This document shows positions 52,598 through 64,000 of a stretch of 64,000 nucleotides of DNA, one piece after another. Source of the stretch: Yuukianura sp. NJ FZ-2021 (taxonomy: Eukaryota). The first letter of the stretch is position 1. Each line of letters begins with the position of its first letter. The stretch spans positions 9,424,001 through 9,488,000 of the forward strand of contig CM102287.1 of the NCBI GenBank assembly GCA_046563655.1. Direction: 5' to 3'. A program made the translations under genes and the position numbers. The notes below the pieces were generated by a model. The model was not told where the DNA came from. It made no database searches and saw only the letters and a list, made by a program, of their open reading frames with translations.

Positions 52598-55320
52598 CTT
52601 CTCGTTTTGCCGGAAGAGTAATGCAGAAGGTAGAAGCGAAAAAATAAAAATAAAAAATCAATTATCCACTATTTTCAAATTTTCGAAAAAGGAAAAAAAA
52701 GTTGTTTTCCTCCTTTTTTCGAAACTTTCTCTACTTGAGGTTTCAATCTCCACGTCAATGGGGAAATTGGAAGAGAAAGCTAAGGAAGGGATGCAAGCCC
52801 TTAAGTCTTCCCATGCTCATGTCTTCGGGTTTCAAAAACATTCCGAAACGAAACGACACCAGAAGAGTTTCACGGTACGAACAAAACTACTTGCGTATTT
52901 TTTGAAATTGAAGTTTAGGTATCGGTGCCGAACAGAAAAAAAATTCAGAGATCGATAACTGCTAAAAGTGAATCCAGTTTGCTCGACGAAATGTGCCAAA
53001 TTCATTTTGCATTTCAAAATTGTACGAATATTATATTTCAAAAATTGCAAATGCAAACAATGTAGTAACTTTATTACCAAATTTTATAGTTAACGCTAAA
53101 ATATAAAAGAAACAAACTGGTTTATGAAAAATGAATCCGGGAAGTACTGAATTCCGAGATTTCAATTTCAAACCGATCTGTGTTTTGTATCGTTCCGCCC
53201 GAAACCACAACCCTATTTACAAAAGTGGCAGGTAGGGACAACATGAGGCTTTGTTGGGATTGCCTTTACTTTGATGTGGTAGTAAGTAGTAGGCTGCTCA
53301 CTTTGTAAGTACTGGACACTTTCCCTGGAGGGTGGAGTGAGTTGGTGTGTGACGCTGGAAGAAGACTGGAGCACTGGAACCCTCCAGCCTCCCTTTTATG
53401 CTTGTCCACGTCTTAGTTGGAATGGAAAATCCCAGGTGGATTCAGAACAAGATCAACGCAAGGAGCTCAAATAGCCAACATCCCTCCAGGCTCCTTCTTC
53501 CCAAAACTACTTTCACTCACCTCCAATTAACCACACAAACACAGAGATCGACTCAAATGTACCGGTTCGATACATTTCCACGGCTTCCATACGGTACCGT
53601 AAAACTCTTCGTAATAAAACTAAATATTTTTCTAAATCTACAAGAAAAGACCTATTATCAGCAGACTTCAGAATTTTCACGAAGAAAACACGTTCATAAA
53701 ATTTTCATTTTTGAAAATTTTAAAAAGTTGAAAATTTTTGAACAAATGAAACCGTTTTAGTTCGAAATTTCTTGTTTTCAGAAAGAGTTTAAACACGCTG
53801 CTTGAAATTTTACAAAGTTTTAGTCTGTCTTTACATGGGATGTACAGTTTGGACGGCTTGAGTTGCTCATATTCGTTTTTTTTAATATAAAATTTTTTCA
53901 AAAATGTTCTTTTTCCAAAAACTAGTTCCATGCAACAATTTTTTTGAAATTATGAAATGTAACGTACTTTTTGAATTCATTTTGTTAATTCGAATTTTTA
54001 CCTTTTGAATAATTGCAAAGCGTCGTCAGAAAGGAGGTGGATTTTTTAAGGTTGGAAAAATTCGGCCTTGGAAATGAATGATTGTGTTTTGCATTGCAAA
54101 ATTCAATAGTCAGACTTTGCTTCAATTTCTTGACGTCTTTTGTTACCTCACTTGCAGCAGACGCTTGCATATTGAATTTCAAAGGTCAAAAGGTCAAAGT
54201 TAATTGTACCAAAGTGCAATTAGTTAACTATTAGTTAATCCTCTGCCGTTTCTCAACCAATTTTTGGAAGCATGAGCATCAAATTAGCGTCTCTTTTACA
54301 AATTGCACTCGTTTCTGTGTGTCTGTTGCCTTTTCATGCACTCTGGTTCCTGTCAAGCGAAAAAAACAGACGAAGCGAAACAAATTCGCGTCCTCGACTT
54401 TACTTTTTTCCTGTTTTGAAACAAAGAAAGATTCGAAATTGATCTTTCCTGATTGTAGGTGAAAGCGGAAGCATTCCACTTTCACTTTTGCGGGAAACTA
54501 AAACAGTCAACAGGTTTTTGAAGAGAAAGTACGCCTGTTGCTTCTTCTGAAGAGAGGGAACGATGAAGTGAAAGCTCGACTTTCACCATCTAGCGCTTCG
54601 TTTCAAAATTTTCTCAATGTTTCAAAAACAGCAAAAAAGAAAGTTTGTTCCTTTCACTTTTTCAAATCAGTCTTCCCAGAGGACAGCACCTCAATTTTTG
54701 AAAAATTTTACTAGTTACTTCAATTTTTATTTTTTCTGTTCATTATAAAAATATTCCCAATTTTACTTTCTTCGCTTTTTCCGGGTTGAAATTTTTGAAA
54801 CTCGGAGTAATTTCTGAACTGGAAAATTTTAATTTGTGAAACGAATTATGTTCTTTTCTGCCTTCTCTTAAAAATAGACTAAAAATTTTGAATTGTATAA
54901 AAAATATGTAAATTTTATATAAAAAAAAACTATTGATTTAACTAAGGTCAAGGGTGGAGTTGGAAAGCTGTGTAAACTTTTGTATCTTTCACTGCTGCTC
55001 TTTTTCCATTAATAATTTACTAACTTCTCAGTTTGTTTTAGTTTCTTTGTACTAGTACAAAGGAGTTTCTGTTTCTACGTGTCTCTTCTTTAAAACAAAA
55101 GAGATATGTGTCATAATTTCAATTTTATTTTGAAATCCATGGAGACATGTCTACCTTGTGAAACCTACTTTTAGGTTAGCGTTAGGTTAAAACCTAAATG
55201 GGTGAGGAGGCGTCTTCTTCTACTCTCCCACGTCTTCGTATGTTCCAGCCCTTATAAGCCTCTGCATCCAACAGCCCTCGCCCCAAGTTCCAATCTAGAA
55301 AGAAAGCAGAGAAAGTCAGG

Positions 55321-58282
55321 ATGTCGCTCTCTACACTCACACTGACCCTCCTGTCACTTCTAGCACTCACACAGGGTTAGTTAACTCAATTTACTTCAAT
55401 TATTAACTGATTTTTCACAACAATTTTTCATAATTTTCATAATTTTTGAAGCATTTTTCTGCTTTTTCCAACTTTTAACCATCAAGAGAAAGTAAAAAAT
55501 CAAGAAAACAGAGTTTTCTGAGATTTTAACAACAGGAAATTTGGATTTCTGTAGGTTCCTGTTGGCGGTACGGACATTCCTGTTGGGGCGGTAAGTTAAT
55601 TAGACTCTTAATTGCAGTTAAAATAATTTAACATCAAGTTGAGAGATACCTAAATTTTGACCCTTGGCCTTCTCTTGGAACTATGAGTTAAATTCGCGCC
55701 ATTTTAAAATTTTTGAAATTTTCGGAACTGGTTTTCCAGATTAATAATTAGTTTCGCATTAGCGACGGCCATTAGCTGCACTCTTTTTCAAAAATATTTG
55801 TCCAAGTTTAGAATTCAAAAGTAAACTTTTTTAATCATTGCAAGCTTTATGAGTTTAAAAGGTTTAAGGAATTAAGCCAGAGAAAGTTGAGCATAAATGT
55901 ATGAACCTCCAAATTTTGAAAAGTGAAAAACCAAAGAGTTTTTGAACCTTGAAAGTTCCCTTGAGGGACACGGTTTGTGGTAAAGTCAAAATGTTCATTT
56001 TCTGTTATAAGGCTTTGTTAAAATTTTTGAAATTCTGAACTTTGAAAATCATCTGCTCCTTCAAAGTGAATGACAAGAGAAAGCCTCAAACCAAAAACCA
56101 GCATGTGGAGGAACTTTTGAAAAAATATGTTTCGAAAGTACTTGAGTGAGTTACCTGTTGCCTTTCTCTTACTTTCTCCCCAAATCCTTTCAAAATGACT
56201 CATGAAATTCCGACGTTCCACCACCACTGAAATCCAAAGCCCAAACATCATCCCTCTTCAAAAATCTCACACATTTTTAATGTGCTTTCTCACCATTTTA
56301 CCACTAGACAGAAACCAGGAAAGTACTAAACATTAGTCTTCATTTTCCCATAAAAAAGTGTACTCCATTTTCAAAAAAAGTGTGTCACCTTCAAAAAAAA
56401 GTATGCCATTTTTTAAAAAAAAAGTGTTATTGTCAAAAAAAGCAACTTTCACTTTTTTCAACATTTCATTTTCCCACTGCCTCTCTGACCTCGTAAAGAA
56501 TTCAATTTTTTCCTACTCTAAAAAAACTGACCTTAACTTCACACCAAAAATGTCGAAAACAAAGGACGCGAAAAAAGTAGGTCACATGTCACAGGTCAAC
56601 TTTTTTTTTGAGGAACTGGTACAATTTTTGTAAAATTTTGATTGAAAAATATTTTTCTTTACACTACAAGGCCATTATAATGAAGCCTACAGAAAATTTG
56701 TGTCTAATTTTTTTATAGCCTTTCTTCCTTTCATTCAAACTTTTTACAGTAGTTTCTCCGTTTATTTTTGGTTTTTAGGATTTTTGTATTCGTTTTTAGC
56801 CTTTTTAGGCCATTTGAGTTAGGCATTGTGTTTAGGTTATGTTTTTTGTGTAAACTTCTTTTATGTTGGAACTTTTACATGTGATTTATGTAATGTTTTA
56901 ATAAAAGATCTCCTGGAGGGGCAGGTGGGATTGGGATTTGTGTGATCTTGTTTTAGTATACTAAAGAAAACTACCCTAACTTAAAGCTAAGCCCAGGAGA
57001 AAGTCCGCTTTCACATCCCACGTCCAAGTACATTGCCCGTAGGTGAAGGGGGAAATGGGGTAAAAACGTGTTGTACGTAATTCCAAATGAAATCGATTCA
57101 GCCCAATTATCTTCTACAGACGAAAGTTTAGATTTTTTGGAGAAAATGGACTTACGCGCCTTCCTTTTTTCTACAGTTTCCAGGAATATTTCGTAATTTG
57201 AACATGAACTACTTCTAATTTCTGAGAGCACGCTACTCTAAAACAGAAAAAGGAAAAGTACAGTGAGGAACATGGAAAAACGAAAATTTTTGTGTCCGAA
57301 ATGCATTGCCATTCATTCAATTTCGGTTAATTGCAGTAGTGTCTAAAGTGCCTTTAATCTTCGTAGGTCACGGAAAACGGAGTGGAGAGCCACCGGGAGG
57401 ATTTGAGAAAGGAGGTCACGATAGTCTCGTCCTACGGCCACCTCTCGTCACTTCCAATTCCCGTAAGGCTTCATTCATTTCCAACTTTTTTCGGGGTCAA
57501 TGAACTCTAGAGCAAAATTGACCTTTGACCTCCTTTTGTTTTGGTGTCACCTGAACAGGGGGCACAGGGGACTACGATGGAGATTTACAGGAGACGGAAA
57601 GCGGAGCAGAAGATCTAAGCGTCACTTCGGACGAACTTTTTGAAAATGGTGGCAAAACGAGGAGGCGGCAAAATTTGAATTTCAAAAGACGCTCTGAAAT
57701 TTTAAACAACCAGGATTTTGCGGGCTTTGGATTTCTAGAGTCAGGAGTAGGAAGGGATACCAACTCTGAGCGAGAAGCATACGATGACAAGTGAGCCAAA
57801 TTTTCAAAATTTTGAAAAAATTGTAAACACGTTACACGTGGGCTTTTTACATGGTTTGATGGTGTTTGGAAATTTTGAAAAACAACAAACTAAACGAGTA
57901 GTAATGGACACTAGATACTTCCAACACATCCTCCGATTTACGTGTTTACAATCAAAATTTTCAAGTTGTCGATTTTTTTTTCTGAAATGAATTCAAAATC
58001 GTGACTTAAAATTTTTTTTTTGAAAATCGGGTATTCATTTTGAAAAATGTAGTCCTTAACATGCGACTTCACTTGATATTTGTGTTCTCTTACTGTCTTT
58101 ACAGTACGAACAGTCACATGGTTGAAGTTGACCTGGATGGTGGAGAGGTCATTGACCCTGACCTGCTGACTGCTGCAGAACAACTGGGGTCACGCGAATT
58201 TCTGGACAGAGCTCGCAAAGGCCCACCAAGTAAACGGCGTCCCACGGTGCTCATCTACCAATTTCAACGGCGGAGACGATAA
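55321..58282 (+). CDS. CCHa1: CCHamide-1-like neuropeptide precursor (198 aa; 5 exons including a 36-nt microexon)
   Basis: Exons 55321-55375, 55555-55590, 57367-57462, 57559-57790 and 58105-58282 are all GT-AG and phase-consistent (597 nt): MSLSTLTLTLLSLLALTQG-SCWRYGHSCWGGH-GKR-... A TATA-like cttataag lies at ~55251. Confidence 0.9.
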
Positions 58283-60028
58283 GATATGCGGAGATTCCAG
58301 AGGGCGCGGTCACTTAAAAACACAGTTGACATGGATTGACCTTTACTCAACAAATGGCCATTCCATGTCACACCGCCTCCACTCTGATTCAGAAAGTAAA
58401 TGGAACAGGTCACGTGGAACGAATTTTGCAAATAAAAGCGAATTTCGCAACTTCCCCCTTCTCACATTCAAGTTCAGTCTGCAATATTGCAAAAATTAAA
58501 CTACGTCTCTCAGTTTAATACGATTTAAATTATTGAATCATAATTAAACAATTTATTTAACTAATTTATTAAAATAATAAATTCAGAGTTAATTGAAAAC
58601 TTTTCAAAAAAGAGAAATTTCTAAAATTTCATATTCTTCCGTGTAGTCGTTCAGAAAATACGTCATCACGAAGACATGCGGTTTTTGAGAAATTTGGTGA
58701 CATGGTTTCTCTAAAAATAATTTTTGTATTGTGAAAGCGTGGGTGTTTTTGTTTGTTCGCCGTATTTTTAAAAATTCTGCGAAGGTGGAGGAATGGGAAT
58801 GACGCTTTTTATTGTGACGCAGACGATAAGGTTTCTTTGGCGCGAGAAATTCGGTTATATTTTGACGTGGTATGAGTATTTTCAGAAGTTTATTCTCGAG
58901 GTCAATGACCTTTAGTCATTACCTAACTAATTAGTTGAGTTTAAGGTAATTTTTATGTAATTAGTGAAGTTTAAGCCTGAATAAATTCAAAATAATGCAA
59001 ACAGAGATCACTCAAGCTAAAAGATTTGATTCGTTTGGTTAAGATTTTGAGAAAAGTGAGCAGAAATAATTTCAAAGTGTTCTGTTTGTTTAGAAATTTA
59101 GAAAATTCAGGAATTTTGGAAAGCAAAATGGAAAAGTGAAGGAAAGTTTATGGAGCGTGGAATATGAGGGGGCGTTTTGTGCAAAATTCAAATATGGTTT
59201 TGGAGATTAAAAAAAAAGAGAAGTTAGGCTGATTCTGACATAACCAGGTTGAGTGAATTCGACTTTAGAATTTATAATCTTTAGAACGAAAAGTAAGTTT
59301 CAAATTTTCCAGGTGATTTGAAAGAGATTGGAATTTTGAAAAGTTTGTACAGGTTTCATATAGAGTTTCGAAATTTTAGAATTTTGAAATAGTTCTAATA
59401 CTAATTAACTTTTCAGTTTTATTTTTTGTTCTAGAATCCAATTCATACATTTTCTCTCAAGAGACTAAAATTATTTTAATAATCTTTCGCTTTAAAGCGA
59501 AAGTCTAAAAGTGTACATAGAGCCCCCTCACGGCTTAAATCAAACTTTGTTCTAAAATGTACATTTTCTAACAATTTTCATTTTTTCAAAATGTACATTT
59601 TCTAAAAAGGTCCATTTTCTCCAAATTTCCTCAAAATTGAACCATTTTCTCCCCCTTAAGTGTTTTGAAGCTAATAAAATCTAAAATCCTACTCAAGGAA
59701 CCTTAAGTTACTAAATACTACTAGCCAAGCCATGACTCTTTTGACTCATGACTCACTTGACTCCTTGACTCATGACTCTGATTGAAGTTGAAGGCTTTTC
59801 TAACAAGACAGAAAGTGAAGAGTCAAATCCACTTTACAACTTTAAGATTCCACCTTATTCGGCCCAAGTACTTTCTAAATTCTAATTTCTGTCTTCATAA
59901 CTTAGTTTTAATCAACTGTGAGTGACGGTAGGGGTTATTCGCTTTTCAAAATTTCTTCACTTTTTTCAAAATCGCTGCAGCGTTGACCTTTGACCTCCTC
60001 GCAGCGATTTCAGCGTTTTCCGTGACTT

Positions 60029-63000
60029 TTACTTTCTTCGCTGCTGGTCACGGTCACCCCCGGCCGCCGCGGTGAGGAAGTCCTTGGATCGATTCTCTTC
60101 AAAACTGCCTTCTCTCCTCGCTCCCAAAATCTAAAAAATTATACATACAAATTATTTTATAATATATTTTATAACAATAACTTATTTTTATTATGTATTT
60201 TGTTATGTTGTGTATTGGATTAGGTTATGCAACCATGTGATTGTGGAGGAGGAGATTTACTTTTTAATTTCCTAATGAGCGTCAATGTTTCCCGAACGGA
60301 TTTCCCCCCGGGGGTCAAAAAATGGGCAAAGGAGAGGTCACCTAAGTCTCATTTAGAGTCGGGCACACTCACAACTAATTAGTTGTAATTGATTAATGCA
60401 ACTGTAAGCACAGTTTTAAACCTTGGTTTCAGCCTTTGAGGATTAGGTTATGTTGTTAAGTTAAAGTTAGTTTTTCAGGTTAGGAAAAAGTAGGTTTTTA
60501 CGTTTAGGAATCATTAGTTTTTCTTACCAAATCCCGCAAGTAAGGTGACATCCGCCTCCGCCCGACGTCGTAATCTGGAAACCGACCGGATTCTGGAGCT
60601 GGTAGAATGACTCCAGTCGCCATGGGGTCAGACAGGTCAAGAGGTCGCTCAAGGTCACCGTCAGATCGCTTCCCGTGGGCGCCAAAACAGGAGTGACCAA
60701 ATCGACTGCATCCTCCTGGGAAAAAAAACAACATTAAGCTTTTGATTTTAACTTTTGAGGTCAAGGTCAGGTCAACTGAGGCCATTGACCTTGAGTATTT
60801 GGGTGACATTTGACCTTCTGCCTTCTCTGTCTCATTTCTGATGTGTAAAATTCGCACTTCTTAAAAAAAACTTTGTATGAGAGGGAGATGATGGGATGTT
60901 AATTGAATTGTGTCTAATTTCCCTTCAGGAGGCTTTTAACTTTTTTCGGAAAAACAAAAACTTTGTTCTGATTTTTCAAAAAAGAAGGAAATTGAATAAA
61001 CCTACGCAGGACTTTCTTTAAAAAAACAGGAAGAGCAAACATTGGATCCGATTTCGTCTGTCTCCTAACCTCAAATCAATGAATGCCCACTTTCTCTTTT
61101 CCAGTCAAACGAAATATGTACACCATGGTCCGAAATAGTTCTTAGCAAGTACATTGCAGTCCGAATTATAACAAATACAGTATGGTCCAACATACTCTTT
61201 AAGAAACTACTAACTTTTTAGTTCCAAGATTATACAAAAAATGGAGAAATGTGAGAGTGCAGAAAGTAATTGGAGTGAGTTCTTTTTTGCGGGGGAAAGT
61301 TCAAAAGAATCTTATCTGAAAGAAAGTCATGTTCTCCCTAGCTGCTCCTTCACTTTTCCTTTTTGTTTGAAAATGAATTTGGATTTATGAGGCTCTTGAA
61401 GCCGGAAAGAGCATAATAACAACTCATAAACCACTCACCATACAGACATTCAACAGGCAGAAGCACACAAAGCACTACTTCCAATGTTAACAGCATACAA
61501 AAGTACAGAGCGTATTCTAAACCAACTCAAAACGGAAAGTGCCAAAAAGAATTTGAATTTTTTGGTCAAAATTTTCACTTCAGCGTGAAAACATAGATAT
61601 TCTGCAAAAAAAAATAAAGGAAATGTATAAATATTTAAAACTTCTAAAATTTTTAAAAATTGCTCTGTACATGGAAGGATACGGGCAGACAAAAATTAGT
61701 TAATAGTTTAGTGCTATCGTGAATTTTAATGTGTATTTTTTCGCTTTTGAGTTTTTTAAAAACTAACTCTGTGCATTACATGTAGAGTGCTGCATAGTGG
61801 CAAAAGCCTTTTGACTTTTTTTTTAATTTTCGTTTTAGGATTTTTGAAAAGCTGCTCTGTAGAAGTTAGTGTGAGAGTAGTGTGGTGGTGAAAGTGTTTA
61901 TGGAAATGTGTCCACTGTGACTCCAGTGGGGTTGGTTACTTTATTTATGCAAAAAGACAAGGTAGAAGCTCACTTTCTCCAACCACTTTCTTCCCCAGTA
62001 ACACAATTACTCTTCCCACTTCCTTGCATTTCCCTACTTGAACCAACCTAACAAAAGTTAAAACCAACAACTAACAACTACTTTGGCACTTTGTCTCCAA
62101 AAGAAATTAGCAGGAAAATGAAGTTAGGCATGCTAAAGGCTTTTTTATTCTCCCACCGCCCACGGTTTTCAGACTCCTCAAACACTCTGTACAACCAACC
62201 TAAAATTCTCGGTTGAAAATGAAACACTGGTGTTTTTTTTCGGTGTTTTTTGCTGGGTGTTTTTTTGGTAAAACTGAGGTAACACAGGAACACTGAAAGT
62301 GAAAGTCTGGAATGGAGAGAAAGTAACTGAATTTAAAATTCTACTGTTGTCTTTATCTTGGATCAAACCTTGGATAGAGAAGGAAGACTTGAAAAAATAT
62401 GAAATCTTGAAAAAATGATTTTTTTTTTTTGGAAGAGAAAGCATTTGGGGTGGAAAATATGTCAAATGCATTCGGATAGAATGCGGATCGTCTCTCGTGA
62501 TACAATCAATCAGGTTCTAAAGTAGGGACAAAGATGGATAAGGGTACTTACGATTAGAATTTAAACTAATTCTATTTGAAAAAAAAACAAACTAGTTTTT
62601 CAAAATTTATGCTCAAGGGACTAGTTAGTGTTCGGCCAATTTCAAAAAACAAGGAAGAAAAAGTTATGCAATTTTAATTTTGAATTGAAAATTAGGAAGC
62701 GCCGATTCAAATTTACGAGAAAATGCTTTCAATTGTTTACATTAGTACAAGTTATATTGTTTGAATGTAAGTACACGGGATCAGTGTGTTGAAATTGAGA
62801 ATTTCAAAAAATGAAATTCCGAAAATTTAATTTTGAAAGTTTGATTTTTTAGGTCAAGGTCAAAGGTCACGTGAATTACCTTGTGCCAAACTTGTGAGAG
62901 CGAGCACCAGCAGTCCAATGGCAAGTACAGCCTTTGACCAAGAAATTGTCGAGGTCATCAAGGTCCCCGCTGAGGTCAAACTTGCCTGTGGCTTCTTCAT
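60029..63000 (-). CDS. CCHa2: CCHamide-2-like neuropeptide precursor
   Basis: Exons 63000-62880 (signal ...KAVLAIGLLVLALTSLAQG), 60715-60528 (GCSRFGHSCFGAH-GKR...) and 60130-60029 are phase-consistent with GT-AG boundaries. Confidence 0.9.
61439..61496 (-). CDS. Putative alternative first coding exon (signal peptide) of CCHamide-2
   Basis: ATG...MLLTLEVVLCVLLPVECLY-G followed by a gtgagt donor in phase 1, matching the 60715 acceptor. There is an in-frame stop upstream of the ATG and a strong acceptor (ttttttttgcag) near 61602. Confidence 0.55.
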
Positions 63001-63429
63001 TTTTTTTTTTTTTGAAAAGTTGAAACTGTTCAGTTCAAAACCCGCTAAAACCAAAAACAAAACTCAAGTTTCAAAATTTTGAACTTTTTAGAAAAAAAAA
63101 CTCCAAAAAAATCACCCCTCGAAAACTTTCCCTTCCGCTTCTACTTTCACTTCCGTCGCCTTTCGGCTTGGACGTCAAAGATTGAAATGAATTCTTCAAA
63201 ATTTCGAGAAATTCTGACCGTTATGTTGAAGGCAGAATTTGGAAAATGGAACTAACTCAATTTTGAAATTCGGGGCTGAAAATGACGATGTTTTTAGGAG
63301 GCGAGGGAGATGACATTGGAGATTAGCATTAGTGTCTCTGCTCATGCAAAGTCCTGACACACTAATTTCCGCCTTGTCCATCTCCTGTCCAATTATCCCC
63401 CCATTAACAAATCTACAACTACATTAAGA

Positions 63430-63512
63430 AACTAGGCTATTAGGTTAGGTTAGTTAGGCTAACTTATTAAGTTAGGTTAACATCTTAAGTTAGGTTATGG
63501 TTAGGTTATTAG
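63430..63512. repeat. Degenerate TTAGG-rich tract (similar tracts near 951, 16503, 50141 and 60440)
   Basis: taggttaggttagttagg...ttaagttaggtt...taggttatggttaggtt. Confidence 0.6.
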
Positions 63513-64000
63513 CCTTACGATACAGCAACAGTTGAAGTCCAAGTGGCCACTGGAAGACTCCGGGTGATGTTAAAGAAAAAGGAAATGACTGTGGGCGAGA
63601 ATCGTGCCTCCGACCGCTCTTTTATAGTCCGCGTCAAACGCCGCACCCCCTCCATCCCTTTGTGCCATTTTGATTTTCAAAACCAAAGTGCCTACTCTCT
63701 TCTTCGTGACACTTGAGCCAATCACAAGCTTCCGTTCCCCCCTCAAATATTCCACCCCCGAAAAAGTGTTACTTTCACCCGCTAAATCCACATCATAAAC
63801 TCAAAATATCCATTAAACCCAAAAACAACTTTCAAATGTAATTCAAGAACCAAAATCATCTTTCACCAAAACCTCTGCGCCCACGACAGTTTTCAAAATT
63901 ATGCTTTTGTTATACCACAATCATCAAATTTTGAAGAGTACAAAAATAGGTAGGCGTACCAAGAATCCTGTTTGTTGGTACTCAAGTTTTTAGTTTTGGG

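Noticed and set aside
56018..56251. Minus-strand ORF with a donor-like site (MSHFERIWGESKRKATG|gtaac) inside a CCHa1 intron
   Set aside because: No supported partner exon or homology; could be chance.
63430..63512. TTAGG tracts as a telomere
   Set aside because: Short, degenerate and interstitial; not a terminal array.

Overview
This is eukaryotic, AT-rich, gene-dense genomic DNA with many short GT-AG introns (about 55-100 nt). The gene content (two CCHamide neuropeptide genes, calexcitin, an antigen-5/CAP protein, TTAGG-rich tracts) points to an arthropod. A springtail (Collembola) is plausible but is only an inference. About 21 protein-coding genes can be reconstructed by hand-splicing, in order: a divergent cyclopropane-fatty-acid-synthase (Cfa)-like gene (cut by the left edge), a stand-alone PKS-type C-methyltransferase, TMEM272-like, a BED/ZAD-like + C2H2 zinc finger, BCKDHB, Tim13, an unknown WPP-repeat protein, EFHC/Rib72-like, PYM1, xylulose kinase, CDK10, RIPOR/FAM65, MESD/boca, MZT1, a CAP-mucin-MAM-like protein, an OTU protease, a heme peroxidase, calexcitin, and a convergent CCHamide-1/CCHamide-2 pair. 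The CCHamide-1 mature peptide is absent from the ORF track because it sits on a 36-nt microexon. Repeats include a 59-bp minisatellite, a 4-copy MITE family and a hAT-like MITE with an 8-bp TSD. The most notable items are (1) a tandem of two intron-bearing SAM methyltransferases of microbial lipid/polyketide type, a possible horizontally acquired tailoring module, (2) the CCHamide locus with an alternative signal-peptide exon and possible extra peptides, and (3) pervasive AGGTCA/TGACCT repeats in both introns and exons. All family assignments come from recognising motifs by eye; no database search was run.
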